This document shows positions 10,278-19,194 of a DNA stretch of 32,000 bases, in pieces. This stretch comes from Pseudoalteromonas translucida KMM 520 (GTDB lineage: Bacteria > Pseudomonadota > Gammaproteobacteria > Enterobacterales > Alteromonadaceae), in NCBI RefSeq assembly GCF_001465295.1, contig NZ_CP011034.1:1890001-1922000 (forward strand), in the 5' to 3' direction. The stretch's first letter is position 1, and each line of letters starts with the position of its first letter. Made by a program: the position numbers and the translations under genes. The notes beneath the pieces are model-generated. The model was not told where the DNA came from. It made no database searches and was given only the letters and a program-made list of their open reading frames with translations.

Positions 10278-12377
10278 CTAAATAGAATATTTTAAGTTAA
10301 ATGAAATGTAATCGCGATCAGAGAAGGTATTAATGTCGCCGCCACCCCAAAATGAGTTGTAGCTAACATCTAATGACCACGCATTTTGATAGTTAAAGTT
10401 CATGGTTGCACCTAACGATTTACGATCCTCTAGAAACAAAAACATAGGATCTGGGGTGTTACCATTTACGTCATGAGAAAATACAAAACGTGGCGAAAAG
10501 TTTATACCGTTATACAGGTTATAATAATCACCTTTAGCAATTAAGCGATAACCCCACGATGTAGCCGTAGCAAACTCTTTTTGCTCTGCTCCATTTGATA
10601 ACGCCATATGTAGCGCAGAGTAATCAGAGCTGCCTGGGCCTGTCATAACGCCACTACGCCCAGTACCAGAAACGTTTAAACGCATTTCATCGTACTCCGG
10701 CATACTATGAATACGCACGCCACCAACTTCACCTACCACAGCCCAGCTATCTGCACCCAAAGATGGGCCAAATAAATGCGTCGCGGTAAATTGTAATTGA
10801 CTAGTATTACGCTCTATATAACCTTTTGCTAATTCACCTGGGCCAACAACACTAACTGCATTGCCTGGGCTCATTTGTGAAATACCCGCAAATTCAGGGC
10901 GTAAACCTGCTACAGCTAGCTGCTCTGGCATTGCAGCGTAAAGTAGCTCTACGTCATCAATTTGTAGTGGTTCATCTTCGCGAAAAGTAAACTCACCGGC
11001 AAACGCAGTTTCACCTAAAGATGTGTTAAAGCTCAAACCGTAGAGTTTAATGTCTTCTGGGTATTCATTTTTTGCTAAAGAGAAAGCTCTTAAATTATGA
11101 ATATTATCTTCAGTGATTTCAGTCGTTGTAATCATTGCTAAATCTTGGGCAAGTGAAGCTTGAGTAAAATTAGACACTCGACCAGATACTAACGGGCGAC
11201 GGCTATGATAATTCACATGATAAAATGCCACTTCAGTGTCATTAAATTCAGGTAAAAACACGCCTAAACGTAAACCGTATTGGCCGCCGTCATCTGGCTC
11301 TACTTTGCCTTCATCGCCTTTACCTTTTAGTGCTACCTTAGTTGGGTAGGCTAAGTACATTTGAGCAAGCAATGCTTGGCCTTGTGCACTTGAGGGATCA
11401 ATTCCTTGCGCTGCTGCGACTTGAGCATAAGTAGATGTTAAATTATTTAAACTGTCGGTTAAAAATGCTAAATCAATATCAGGATTTGAAGTAAAACCTA
11501 ACTGCACATTTTGCTGATAACCATTTTCAGAGGCAAAGTCATTGGTTGAAAAATACGTTCCCGTTGCTGGTAAGCGAGTTTCTTGCCATTGGTATTGATA
11601 AAAGCCCTCTAAGGTTACGTTATCAGTAATACCTAACGATGCCCATAACATGCCTACTGGTATAAAGGCTTCTTTAAGCTCTGCACCAGGCGCTTTTAAA
11701 CGGTCTATGTCAACTGGGTTAACGTTAATACCATGCGATATTAATGTGCTTTCACCCCAGTTTATTACTTGTTGACCAACGCGAACTGATAGCGGGTTTT
11801 TACCTTCATTTAAATCGAAGCTTGCCCATACATACGCATCTAATAAACGAATGTCGGCACAGCTTTGTGCTTTTGTATCTTTATCATCACATGGATCGAC
11901 GCCTTGACCTGAGGTAGGGTTTACATAAGCACGATCGCCATCCATTAACTCAAAGTCATAAAAATACATAAATCGAGTAAACAAGCCATAATTATCTTTA
12001 CTGATAGATAGATCATGGGTGCCCTTTAATAGTTTTGAAAACGAATCTCCACTATCAAAGTTTAAATCGCCTGCATCACCATTGTTTGAATATGATCCTG
12101 GTTGCGCCCACACATCTTGCGATGAGTAAACGGTATTGCCCGTGGCGGGGTTATAACCCGTCCAATCGAATGAAGGGTTGTTACTTTTACCTATTAAGCC
12201 AAAGTCTCGGTCTTCTACACGAATACTTTGCCCATAAGAAAAAGTGGAGTCGAAAGTAATATCAAAACCTCCGGCTTCAAAAACTGCCGCTTGTGCAGTC
12301 ATTGCAGATAACCCTAAGCTTGCGGCTGCTAAACCTATAGCGATTTTATTTTTAACAAAAAGCGATCTTCTTATCAT
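10278..12377 (-). CDS. DUF1302-family predicted outer-membrane beta-barrel protein
   Basis: The ORF extends to 12404, but the ATG at 12377 (MIRRSLFVKNKIAIGLAAASLGLSAMTAQA/AVFE) has a GGGGGGAAA SD upstream and a clean signal peptide. The sequence is rich in alternating Y/F/G/N/D, and its C-terminus ISFNLKYSI resembles a beta-signal. 699 aa from this start. Confidence 0.65.
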   Translation of the reverse strand: MIRRSLFVKNKIAIGLAAASLGLSAMTAQAAVFEAGGFDITFDSTFSYGQSIRVEDRDFGLIGKSNNPSFDWTGYNPATGNTVYSSQDVWAQPGSYSNNGDAGDLNFDSGDSFSKLLKGTHDLSISKDNYGLFTRFMYFYDFELMDGDRAYVNPTSGQGVDPCDDKDTKAQSCADIRLLDAYVWASFDLNEGKNPLSVRVGQQVINWGESTLISHGINVNPVDIDRLKAPGAELKEAFIPVGMLWASLGITDNVTLEGFYQYQWQETRLPATGTYFSTNDFASENGYQQNVQLGFTSNPDIDLAFLTDSLNNLTSTYAQVAAAQGIDPSSAQGQALLAQMYLAYPTKVALKGKGDEGKVEPDDGGQYGLRLGVFLPEFNDTEVAFYHVNYHSRRPLVSGRVSNFTQASLAQDLAMITTTEITEDNIHNLRAFSLAKNEYPEDIKLYGLSFNTSLGETAFAGEFTFREDEPLQIDDVELLYAAMPEQLAVAGLRPEFAGISQMSPGNAVSVVGPGELAKGYIERNTSQLQFTATHLFGPSLGADSWAVVGEVGGVRIHSMPEYDEMRLNVSGTGRSGVMTGPGSSDYSALHMALSNGAEQKEFATATSWGYRLIAKGDYYNLYNGINFSPRFVFSHDVNGNTPDPMFLFLEDRKSLGATMNFNYQNAWSLDVSYNSFWGGGDINTFSDRDYISFNLKYSI

Positions 12378-12545
12378 TTTGGTTTCCCCCCTGTCGCGGG
12401 TCATTTTGTGTGATCAAGTTATTGTTTTTAGTGTAATCGTAACGATAGAAGCGAATTAAACAAATTACAAACAGTCGCCTTCAATCAGTCATAATCTTTT
12501 TTTATTCACTGACGTTTACGCAATGGTAAGACGTCATACCAGTAA

Positions 12546-12574
12546 TTTATACACGCAAATTAACAATAGGACAA
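12546..12574 (-). promoter_or_regulatory. Candidate sigma70 promoter for the DUF1302 cluster
   Basis: The minus strand reads TTGTCC (12574-12569), a 17-nt spacer, then TATAAA (12551-12546). This would give a leader of about 160 nt. Confidence 0.35.
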
Positions 12575-12630
12575 ATCGAAATTAACAAAAAGGCAATATT
12601 TATGTGTATCTATAACATAAATACAAGCGT

Positions 12631-12852
12631 TTAGGCTACTCGTTCGAGGCGGATAAACTTATTTTCGGGGGTAAGTATCAATCTAAACCGACCTCGCACC
12701 CCTAAACTAGAAATGTAGGGGCGCAGGTAATTTGCGGCAAAACGAATGGTTTTACCGCTGTCATCTACAACTTGCACTGAGCTAAAACGTCCATGGTAGT
12801 AATCCATGCATTCGTTGTAGCTCAAATTTAGTCTAAAATAATATTCAATCAT
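12631..12852 (-). CDS. Small conserved protein of unknown function (resembles the DUF2835 family, as I remember it, often found after pepN)
   Basis: 73-aa ORF starting 3 nt after the pepN stop (TAA ATC ATG). The DUF2835 assignment is from memory only. Confidence 0.6.
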   Translation of the reverse strand: MIEYYFRLNLSYNECMDYYHGRFSSVQVVDDSGKTIRFAANYLRPYISSLGVRGRFRLILTPENKFIRLERVA

Positions 12853-12855
12853 GAT

Positions 12856-15450
12856 TTAATTTAAGGCTTTTTCAACCTTCTCAAATAAATCGTCGCTCAG
12901 CGTATCTAAATCAGCTAACCGCTGCAGTTGTGTTTTCATTGCTGCAGAACGTACTTTATCGTAACGTTTCCACGACATAAAAGGGGTTAACATGCGTGAT
13001 GCATTTTGCGGATTGATAGTATTGAGCTTAATGAGTAAATCACCAAGCAAAGCATAACCTTCACCATCTAGGCGATGAAATTGCGCGGTATTAAAGTGGC
13101 TAAAACTGCCAATTAAAGCACGCACTCGGTTAGGATTTGAAAAGTCAAAACAAGGGTGCTCATACAGTGCTTTAATATTGTCAATTGCATCTTCACCCGA
13201 CTGCATAGCTTGCAGTGCAAACCATTTGTCCATTACTAATACGTCGTGTCGCCATTGGCTATCAAAATGTGCAAGCAAGGTGTCGCTTAAAGTATGCGAC
13301 GCTTTTATAGCCCCACTGAGCGCACCGAGCACATTGGTCATATTAGTTGAGCTTGCAGCTTCTTTTATAAATTCAGCCGCTGGTAAACTGTCTGTTTTTG
13401 CTAGGTAATACAAACATTGTTGTTTTAATGAACGTATTGCCACAGCAGCCGCATTAACACTGCCATCGTCTTCAAGTGCTTGGTAACAATTAATAAATTC
13501 TTGTTCGAGGGTATCGGCTATTTGCTGTTCAAACTGCTGCGTAATAGTAAGAATGGCATCAACTGGGATCGTCTCAAACTCAGCTGCTAAGGTGTCAAAG
13601 CTAGGAAGTTTTAACAGTTCAGCAAGTAATGCCAAGTCACCTGCTCTACTGGCTATTAATACCTGTAAGGCTGCTATTATTTCATTACTTAATGGATCAG
13701 GATTTTTGCTTGCAATACCGCGCTTAACCGCATTAATAAATAGCTGTTGCTGTGCATCCCAACGCGAAAAGTCGCTTCGTGCAAAGCGCATTATGTGCAA
13801 TAGGTCTTGATCGTTACTGTGCTGCTTTAAAATACACGGTGCTGAAAAGTCTTCCAATAAAACGGCAACAGGTTGTTCTGATAGCTGATCAAAATTAAAT
13901 GTTTGCGTTGCTTTAGTTACATCAAGCACATGATCAACGGGCTGACCTTTATATTGTAACGGCACACTTTTCCCCTTGCTATCTAATAGCTCAATTGCAA
14001 AAGGAATATGCAAAGTATCGTTTTGTGGCTGATTAATTGGCGCAGCCTGCTCAATAGTAAGGCTAAACGTTTGCGTCTCGCTATGGTAACTTTGTTGTAC
14101 ATTTAAACGAGGAGTACCCGATTGGCTATACCAGCGTTTAAATTGCTCTAAGTTAATATTAGATGCATCACTCATAGCACTTACAAAATCGTCACAGGTA
14201 ACCGCTTGGCCATCATGGCGCTGAAAATAAAGTGTCATGCCCTTTTGAAAGTTAGTTTCACCAAGCAAGGTGTGCATCATGCGAATAACTTCAGCGCCTT
14301 TATCGTATACAGTCACAGTGTAAAAGTTATTCATTTCAATTACTTTTTCTGGTCGAATAGGATGCGCCATAGGCCCTGCATCTTCACTAAACTGGTGAGT
14401 ACGCATTACTTTAACGGCATCAATACGGTTTAGCGCTCGCGAGCCCAAATCACTGCTAAATTCTTGATCTCTAAATACTGTTAAGCCTTCTTTTAACGAT
14501 AACTGAAACCAATCTCTACAGGTTACGCGGTTGCCGGTCCAGTTATGAAAGTATTCATGCCCAACAATAGATTCAATGGTGTGATAGTCTTTATCGGTAG
14601 CGGTTTCTTGATTTGCCAAAACACACTTACTATTAAAAATATTAAGCCCTTTATTTTCCATCGCTCCCATGTTGAAAAAATCAACGGCAACAATCATATA
14701 AATATCAAGGTCATACTCTAAATCAAAGCGTGTCTCATCCCACTGCATCGCTTTTTTAAGTGAGCTCATTGCATGTGGTGTTTTTGACAAGTTTCCTTTA
14801 TCTACAAATAAGGCTAAATCAACATTCTTACCACTTTTTGTAGTATAGCTGTCATTTAATACATCAAAGTCACCCGCCACTAAAGCAAATAAGTAACTTG
14901 GCTTTTTAAACGGATCTTGCCACTTAGCAAAATGACGACCGTCTTGCGTTTCACCGCTATCAACCATGTTGCCATTAGAGAGTAACTGCGGGTATTTTTT
15001 ATCTGCTATTATGGTTACATCGAATGTTGATAAAACATCTGGACGGTCCATATAGTAAGTTATTTTTCTAAAACCCTGCGCTTCACACTGAGTACAATAA
15101 GCCCCACCCGATAAATAAAGTCCTTCTAGAGAAGTATTTGTTTGCGGAGAAATCTCGGTCACTATACTAAGTTGGCAGTGATCTGGTAAATTATTAATAA
15201 TGAGTTGCTCACCCACTATTTTATAATCGCTAATATCATGAGTATCTATTGAAAGCGATACTAAGCGTAAATTAATACCGTCGAGTACCAAAGGTGCCGT
15301 TTTAGCACCCACGCGGCTCAGTGTAAGTAGTGCAGTGACTCTTGTTGTTAACGGCTGTAAATCAAAGTTAAGCTCGGTGTGGTTAATTAAAAAGTCTGGC
15401 GCTTGGTAATCTTTTAAATATTGTGTTTGCGGTTTTTGTGCGGCAGTCAT
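12856..15450 (-). CDS. pepN: Aminopeptidase N (M1 family)
   Basis: 864 aa. It has the GAMEN exopeptidase motif and the zinc motif HEYFHNWTGNRVTCRDWFQLSLKEGLTVF, as in E. coli PepN. GGAG SD lies 7 nt upstream. Confidence 0.95.
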   Translation of the reverse strand: MTAAQKPQTQYLKDYQAPDFLINHTELNFDLQPLTTRVTALLTLSRVGAKTAPLVLDGINLRLVSLSIDTHDISDYKIVGEQLIINNLPDHCQLSIVTEISPQTNTSLEGLYLSGGAYCTQCEAQGFRKITYYMDRPDVLSTFDVTIIADKKYPQLLSNGNMVDSGETQDGRHFAKWQDPFKKPSYLFALVAGDFDVLNDSYTTKSGKNVDLALFVDKGNLSKTPHAMSSLKKAMQWDETRFDLEYDLDIYMIVAVDFFNMGAMENKGLNIFNSKCVLANQETATDKDYHTIESIVGHEYFHNWTGNRVTCRDWFQLSLKEGLTVFRDQEFSSDLGSRALNRIDAVKVMRTHQFSEDAGPMAHPIRPEKVIEMNNFYTVTVYDKGAEVIRMMHTLLGETNFQKGMTLYFQRHDGQAVTCDDFVSAMSDASNINLEQFKRWYSQSGTPRLNVQQSYHSETQTFSLTIEQAAPINQPQNDTLHIPFAIELLDSKGKSVPLQYKGQPVDHVLDVTKATQTFNFDQLSEQPVAVLLEDFSAPCILKQHSNDQDLLHIMRFARSDFSRWDAQQQLFINAVKRGIASKNPDPLSNEIIAALQVLIASRAGDLALLAELLKLPSFDTLAAEFETIPVDAILTITQQFEQQIADTLEQEFINCYQALEDDGSVNAAAVAIRSLKQQCLYYLAKTDSLPAAEFIKEAASSTNMTNVLGALSGAIKASHTLSDTLLAHFDSQWRHDVLVMDKWFALQAMQSGEDAIDNIKALYEHPCFDFSNPNRVRALIGSFSHFNTAQFHRLDGEGYALLGDLLIKLNTINPQNASRMLTPFMSWKRYDKVRSAAMKTQLQRLADLDTLSDDLFEKVEKALN

Positions 15451-15460
15451 AAATACTCCA

Positions 15461-15492
15461 AAAAAAGCCCCTTTTATGTTTAAAAGAGGCTG
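15461..15492 (-). terminator. Rho-independent terminator after nhaC
   Basis: The minus strand reads AGCCTCTTTT-AAACAT-AAAAGGGGCT followed by TTTTTTT. It sits between the nhaC stop (15499) and the pepN SD/ATG (15450). Confidence 0.65.
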
Positions 15493-15498
15493 TTTAAA

Positions 15499-16962
15499 TT
15501 AAGCAGTCTGTTTTGGTTTAATACGTAATATTTTAATACCTAAATAAGCGTAAATAATTGCCAATACAGGGTTAATTAAATTAAAGAAAGCATACAGTGC
15601 ATAGTCAAATGGATTGATCAGCAACACGCTTTGCATATAGGCACCACAGGTATTCCATGGGATCAGCGGGCTGGTAATTGTGCCGCCATCTTCTAAGGTA
15701 CGCGATAAATTAACCGGTTTTAAACCACGGTTTGCGTATTCTTCTTTAAACATCCGCCCCGGTACCACAATAGCAATATATTGATCCGCCGCAATGACGT
15801 TTGTACCAATACAAGTCGCTATAGTTGCAGTGATTAACGAACCTGTGCTTTTTGCGATTTTAAGAATACTCTTAACAAACACATCTAACAGCCCCGTTTT
15901 TTCCATAATAGCGCCAAACATCAGTGCCGTCATAATTAGCCAGGTTGTTGTAAGCATACCTGACATACCGCCACCACTGAGGAGTGCATCCATATTGTCG
16001 TCTTGGGTACTAATGCTAAAACCATCAAAAAAGGTGGTCCAAATTAATTTAAAGTAACCTACTAGCTGGCCTTGGCTTATATCTATTTGGCTGGCAATTA
16101 AATCAGATTGAAACAACACAGCCCACACAGCGCCAAGTACCGCACCTATAGATATAGCTGGAAACGCTGGCATTTTGCGTATCGCAAGTACCAAAAGTAC
16201 AATTAAAGGCACTAGCATTTCTAAACCAATATTAAAGTTTTGCTGCAAAATAGCAGTAATTTCATCAATACGCCCAGCTTCACTCGATGCAGTCGCGTTA
16301 AAACCCATAAATATAAAGATTATTAAGGCAATCACAAAGCTCGGTACTGTAGTCCACAGCATATGTTGAATATGTTCAAATAAATCTGCTCCCACAACAG
16401 CAGGTGCTAAATTAGTAGTTTCTGATAGTGGGCTAAGCTTGTCGCCAAAATACGCGCCCGATATAACCGCACCAGCTGTTACTGTTTGCTCTAACCCTAA
16501 GCCTGTAGCTACGCCTAATAAAGCCACACCTATTGTAGCCGCCGTGGTCCACGAACTACCAATGCTCATTGCAACAATGCCACAAATTAAACAACTGGCT
16601 GCATAAAACCAACTCGGATTAATAACCTGTAAGCCGTAGTAAATTAGCGTAGGTACTGTGCCCGAAAGCAACCATGTGCCTATTAACGCACCTACCATAA
16701 GTAAAATTAAGATAGCCCCTAACGACAAGGTGATCCCTTCAATCATCGCATCTTCTAGTTTTTTCCAATTGTAGCCATTTTTTAGACCTATTAATGCTGC
16801 TGCAAAAGTAGCAAATAACAAGGCTATTTGATTTGGCCCAGAAGAGGAATTATCACCAAATAGATAAACAGCCGCACCAAGTAAACAAATGAGAACTGAG
16901 ATTGGAATGAGTGCATCAAAAAACGAGGCGGGTTTTATTGGTTTTTCTTCTAATGATTTCAA
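15499..16962 (-). CDS. nhaC: Na+/H+ antiporter, NhaC family
   Basis: Polytopic membrane protein with typical NhaC length and sequence character. The ORF opens at ATG 16983, which has no SD. The in-frame TTG at 16962 is preceded by AGGAG with an 8-nt spacing, so I favour a 487-aa product starting (M)KSLEEKPIK. Confidence 0.8.
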   Translation of the reverse strand: MKSLEEKPIKPASFFDALIPISVLICLLGAAVYLFGDNSSSGPNQIALLFATFAAALIGLKNGYNWKKLEDAMIEGITLSLGAILILLMVGALIGTWLLSGTVPTLIYYGLQVINPSWFYAASCLICGIVAMSIGSSWTTAATIGVALLGVATGLGLEQTVTAGAVISGAYFGDKLSPLSETTNLAPAVVGADLFEHIQHMLWTTVPSFVIALIIFIFMGFNATASSEAGRIDEITAILQQNFNIGLEMLVPLIVLLVLAIRKMPAFPAISIGAVLGAVWAVLFQSDLIASQIDISQGQLVGYFKLIWTTFFDGFSISTQDDNMDALLSGGGMSGMLTTTWLIMTALMFGAIMEKTGLLDVFVKSILKIAKSTGSLITATIATCIGTNVIAADQYIAIVVPGRMFKEEYANRGLKPVNLSRTLEDGGTITSPLIPWNTCGAYMQSVLLINPFDYALYAFFNLINPVLAIIYAYLGIKILRIKPKQTA

Positions 16963-17067
16963 GATAAAGACTCCTACACACATCTAATGCATGTTAATTA
17001 TTCTTCTTAGCACATACCGCGCATTAATCGAGCAACATTGATCTAGCTCAACTTTGTGTAATCAGCG

Positions 17068-17073
17068 ATTATA
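17068..17073 (-). promoter_or_regulatory. Candidate extended -10 promoter for nhaC
   Basis: The minus strand reads TGTTATAAT (TGn + TATAAT), about 100 nt upstream of the nhaC start. Confidence 0.35.
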
Positions 17074-17097
17074 ACAATCTTGTAAATTATGGGTAGC

Positions 17098-17124
17098 AAA
17101 AAAGGCGCAATTGCGCCTTTTTTT
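17098..17124 (-). terminator. Rho-independent terminator after prc
   Basis: aaaaaggcgc / aatt / gcgccttttttt. A GC-rich palindromic stem flanked by A and T runs, 20 nt after the prc stop. Confidence 0.8.
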
Positions 17125-17143
17125 ATAGAGGTAAAACCAATTA

Positions 17144-19168
17144 TTACTTTTTGGCTATACGCCCGTATTTAATATAGTCTTGAGTGATCAGGGCTGCTTC
17201 CTCTAAAAATGGATCCAGCTTTTCAATTACTTCAGGCACATCATCTAGATTTTCGATTGGTTTTTCACCTAAACGCGCTAAACGCTCATTAGTACGCACT
17301 AAGGCGCGTGCTTCATTTTCATCTTTTTCTTTAATACGCTGAGCTTCTACTAACGAAATAGTTTTGCGGTCTTTCTCTTCGTTGTAGCGAGTAATGTCTT
17401 CAAATACATAATTAAACTCTGGCTCTGACTGGATGCGCTGCGCATGTTGCTTATCTAAATACGTAATAATCGGTTTTAAGTCACCCATTTCTTGGTATCT
17501 AGCGCGTACTATGCTATCCCACGGCAGTGCATTATCTTGTTTGCTTTCTCCCCACTCTGCGGGATCGATTGCAGATGGAAACGAAATATCAGGAATAACG
17601 CCTTTGTGTTGTGTGCTACCACCATTTATGCGGTAAAACTTAGCAATAGTGTACTGCACACTGCCAAGTTCGTTGTCGTACAGGTCGTACGCTCGCCCTA
17701 AGCCTTTGTGTTGTTGTACAGTCCCTTTACCAAATGTTTGCTCGCCAATCACAATACCGCGGCCATAATCTTGTATCGCTGCTGCAAAAATTTCAGAAGC
17801 AGATGCACTGTATCTGTCTACTAAAACAGTTAACGGGCCATCGTAATAGGTTATACCATCACGGTCTTTTTGCTCTTCGATACGATTATTAAGAGTGTGA
17901 ATTTGCACCACCGGGCCTTGGTCGAAAAACAATCCCGAAAGCTGTGTTGCCTCGTATAAAGAACCACCACCGTTTTGGCGTAAATCTATAATAACACCGT
18001 CTACCTTGGCTTCTTTTAGTTTAGCCAGTTCAACTTTTACATCTTGCGACAAGTTATTATAAAAGCCAGGTATTTCAATAACGCCAATTTTACTGGTTAA
18101 ATCGGAATACTGTGCTTCAAACACTTCAGATTTGGCTGCTCTGTCTTCTAGGCGTATTTTATCTCGGGTTATTTCAACTATTTTAGGCGTACCGTGCGCA
18201 TCAGCGCCTTTAAGATACTGTAAACGTACTTTTGTACCTTTAGGGCCTTTAATTAAATCAACCACGTCATCTAAGCGCCAACCTATCACATCAACAAACT
18301 CTTTACCGTCTTGGGCAACGCCAATAATGCGGTCATCGGCTTTAATTTGTTGTGATTTATCGGCAGGACCACCCGGTACTAAACTGCGAATAACGGTATA
18401 GTCTTCGTCTGGGCTTAATACTGCACCTATGCCTTCAAGCTCTAGGTCCATATCCATCTTGAATTGCTCTGCTCGGCGCGGCGATAAATAAGAGGTATGC
18501 GCCTCTATACTGCGTGCAAGCGAGTTCATTACTATTTGAAAGGCATCTTCAGGTTTTGATTGTACTAAACGCTTTTGTGCATTTTTATAGCGTTTAACAA
18601 GTACATCCTTTATTCCTTCCCAATCTTTACCGGTCATTTTTAAGCGTAGTGCGTCATATTTAACACGCTCACGCCATATTTCATCAAGTTCGTCTTGGGT
18701 AGTTACCCAGGCGGCATCTTCTCGATCAAAAAAGTATTCATCTTGTTTATCAAACGTCATCTCATTTTCAAGTAATGAAAGCGAGTAATCGTAACGCTCA
18801 AAGCGACGTTTAAGGCTTAGATTAAAAATATCAAAAGTAAAGCCTAACTTGCCGGTTACCAATGCGTTATCAAAGCCATTACGATATTGCTCAAATGACG
18901 CAATATCGCTGGCTAAGAATACACTTTTATTAAAATCAAGGGATTCGATATAACGATCGTACACTTTACTTGAAAGCTCATCGTTAAATCGCACCGGTGT
19001 ATAGTGTGAACGAGTAAATAAGTTAACCACTCGTTTGCTGGCTGTAGCATGTTGACTTTCTTGCTTGAGCAACGGTAAGTCTTTTAACGTAACGGCTTCA
19101 ACGGCAGCAAATAATGAACCTGAAAACAGGGCAGCAACTAACGGAATGAGCGTAAACTTTTTACTCAT
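17144..19168 (-). CDS. prc: Tail-specific (C-terminal processing) periplasmic protease
   Basis: 674 aa from ATG 19168, with AAGGAG 6 nt upstream (the track's start at 19174 is a TTG). Signal peptide, PDZ-like region and S41 peptidase core (GPLTVLVDRYSASASEIFAAAIQDY). Sits next to proQ, as in E. coli. Confidence 0.93.
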   Translation of the reverse strand: MSKKFTLIPLVAALFSGSLFAAVEAVTLKDLPLLKQESQHATASKRVVNLFTRSHYTPVRFNDELSSKVYDRYIESLDFNKSVFLASDIASFEQYRNGFDNALVTGKLGFTFDIFNLSLKRRFERYDYSLSLLENEMTFDKQDEYFFDREDAAWVTTQDELDEIWRERVKYDALRLKMTGKDWEGIKDVLVKRYKNAQKRLVQSKPEDAFQIVMNSLARSIEAHTSYLSPRRAEQFKMDMDLELEGIGAVLSPDEDYTVIRSLVPGGPADKSQQIKADDRIIGVAQDGKEFVDVIGWRLDDVVDLIKGPKGTKVRLQYLKGADAHGTPKIVEITRDKIRLEDRAAKSEVFEAQYSDLTSKIGVIEIPGFYNNLSQDVKVELAKLKEAKVDGVIIDLRQNGGGSLYEATQLSGLFFDQGPVVQIHTLNNRIEEQKDRDGITYYDGPLTVLVDRYSASASEIFAAAIQDYGRGIVIGEQTFGKGTVQQHKGLGRAYDLYDNELGSVQYTIAKFYRINGGSTQHKGVIPDISFPSAIDPAEWGESKQDNALPWDSIVRARYQEMGDLKPIITYLDKQHAQRIQSEPEFNYVFEDITRYNEEKDRKTISLVEAQRIKEKDENEARALVRTNERLARLGEKPIENLDDVPEVIEKLDPFLEEAALITQDYIKYGRIAKK

Positions 19169-19194
19169 ACACAACTCCTTAATTTATTTTCAGC

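Noticed and set aside
12035-12459. Plus-strand ORFs 12035..12259 and 12244..12459, antisense to the DUF1302-like gene and its leader
   Set aside because: These are shadow ORFs opposite a long, well-supported ORF, with no ribosome-binding sites.
12510-12536. TGACGT-N15-ACGTCA palindrome considered as the terminator of the 73-aa gene downstream of pepN
   Set aside because: On the transcribed (minus) strand it is followed by an A-run, not a U-run, and it lies about 95 nt from the stop. It fits better as an operator or 5'-UTR element of the downstream cluster, and I report it there at low interest.
13178-18401. Assorted 64-89-aa plus-strand ORFs inside pepN, nhaC and prc (13178, 13553, 14206, 15794, 16175, 17433, 17492, 18132)
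   Set aside because: All are antisense to confidently identified housekeeping genes. Their Ser/Ala/Cys/Ile-rich shadow-frame composition and lack of start signals argue against them.
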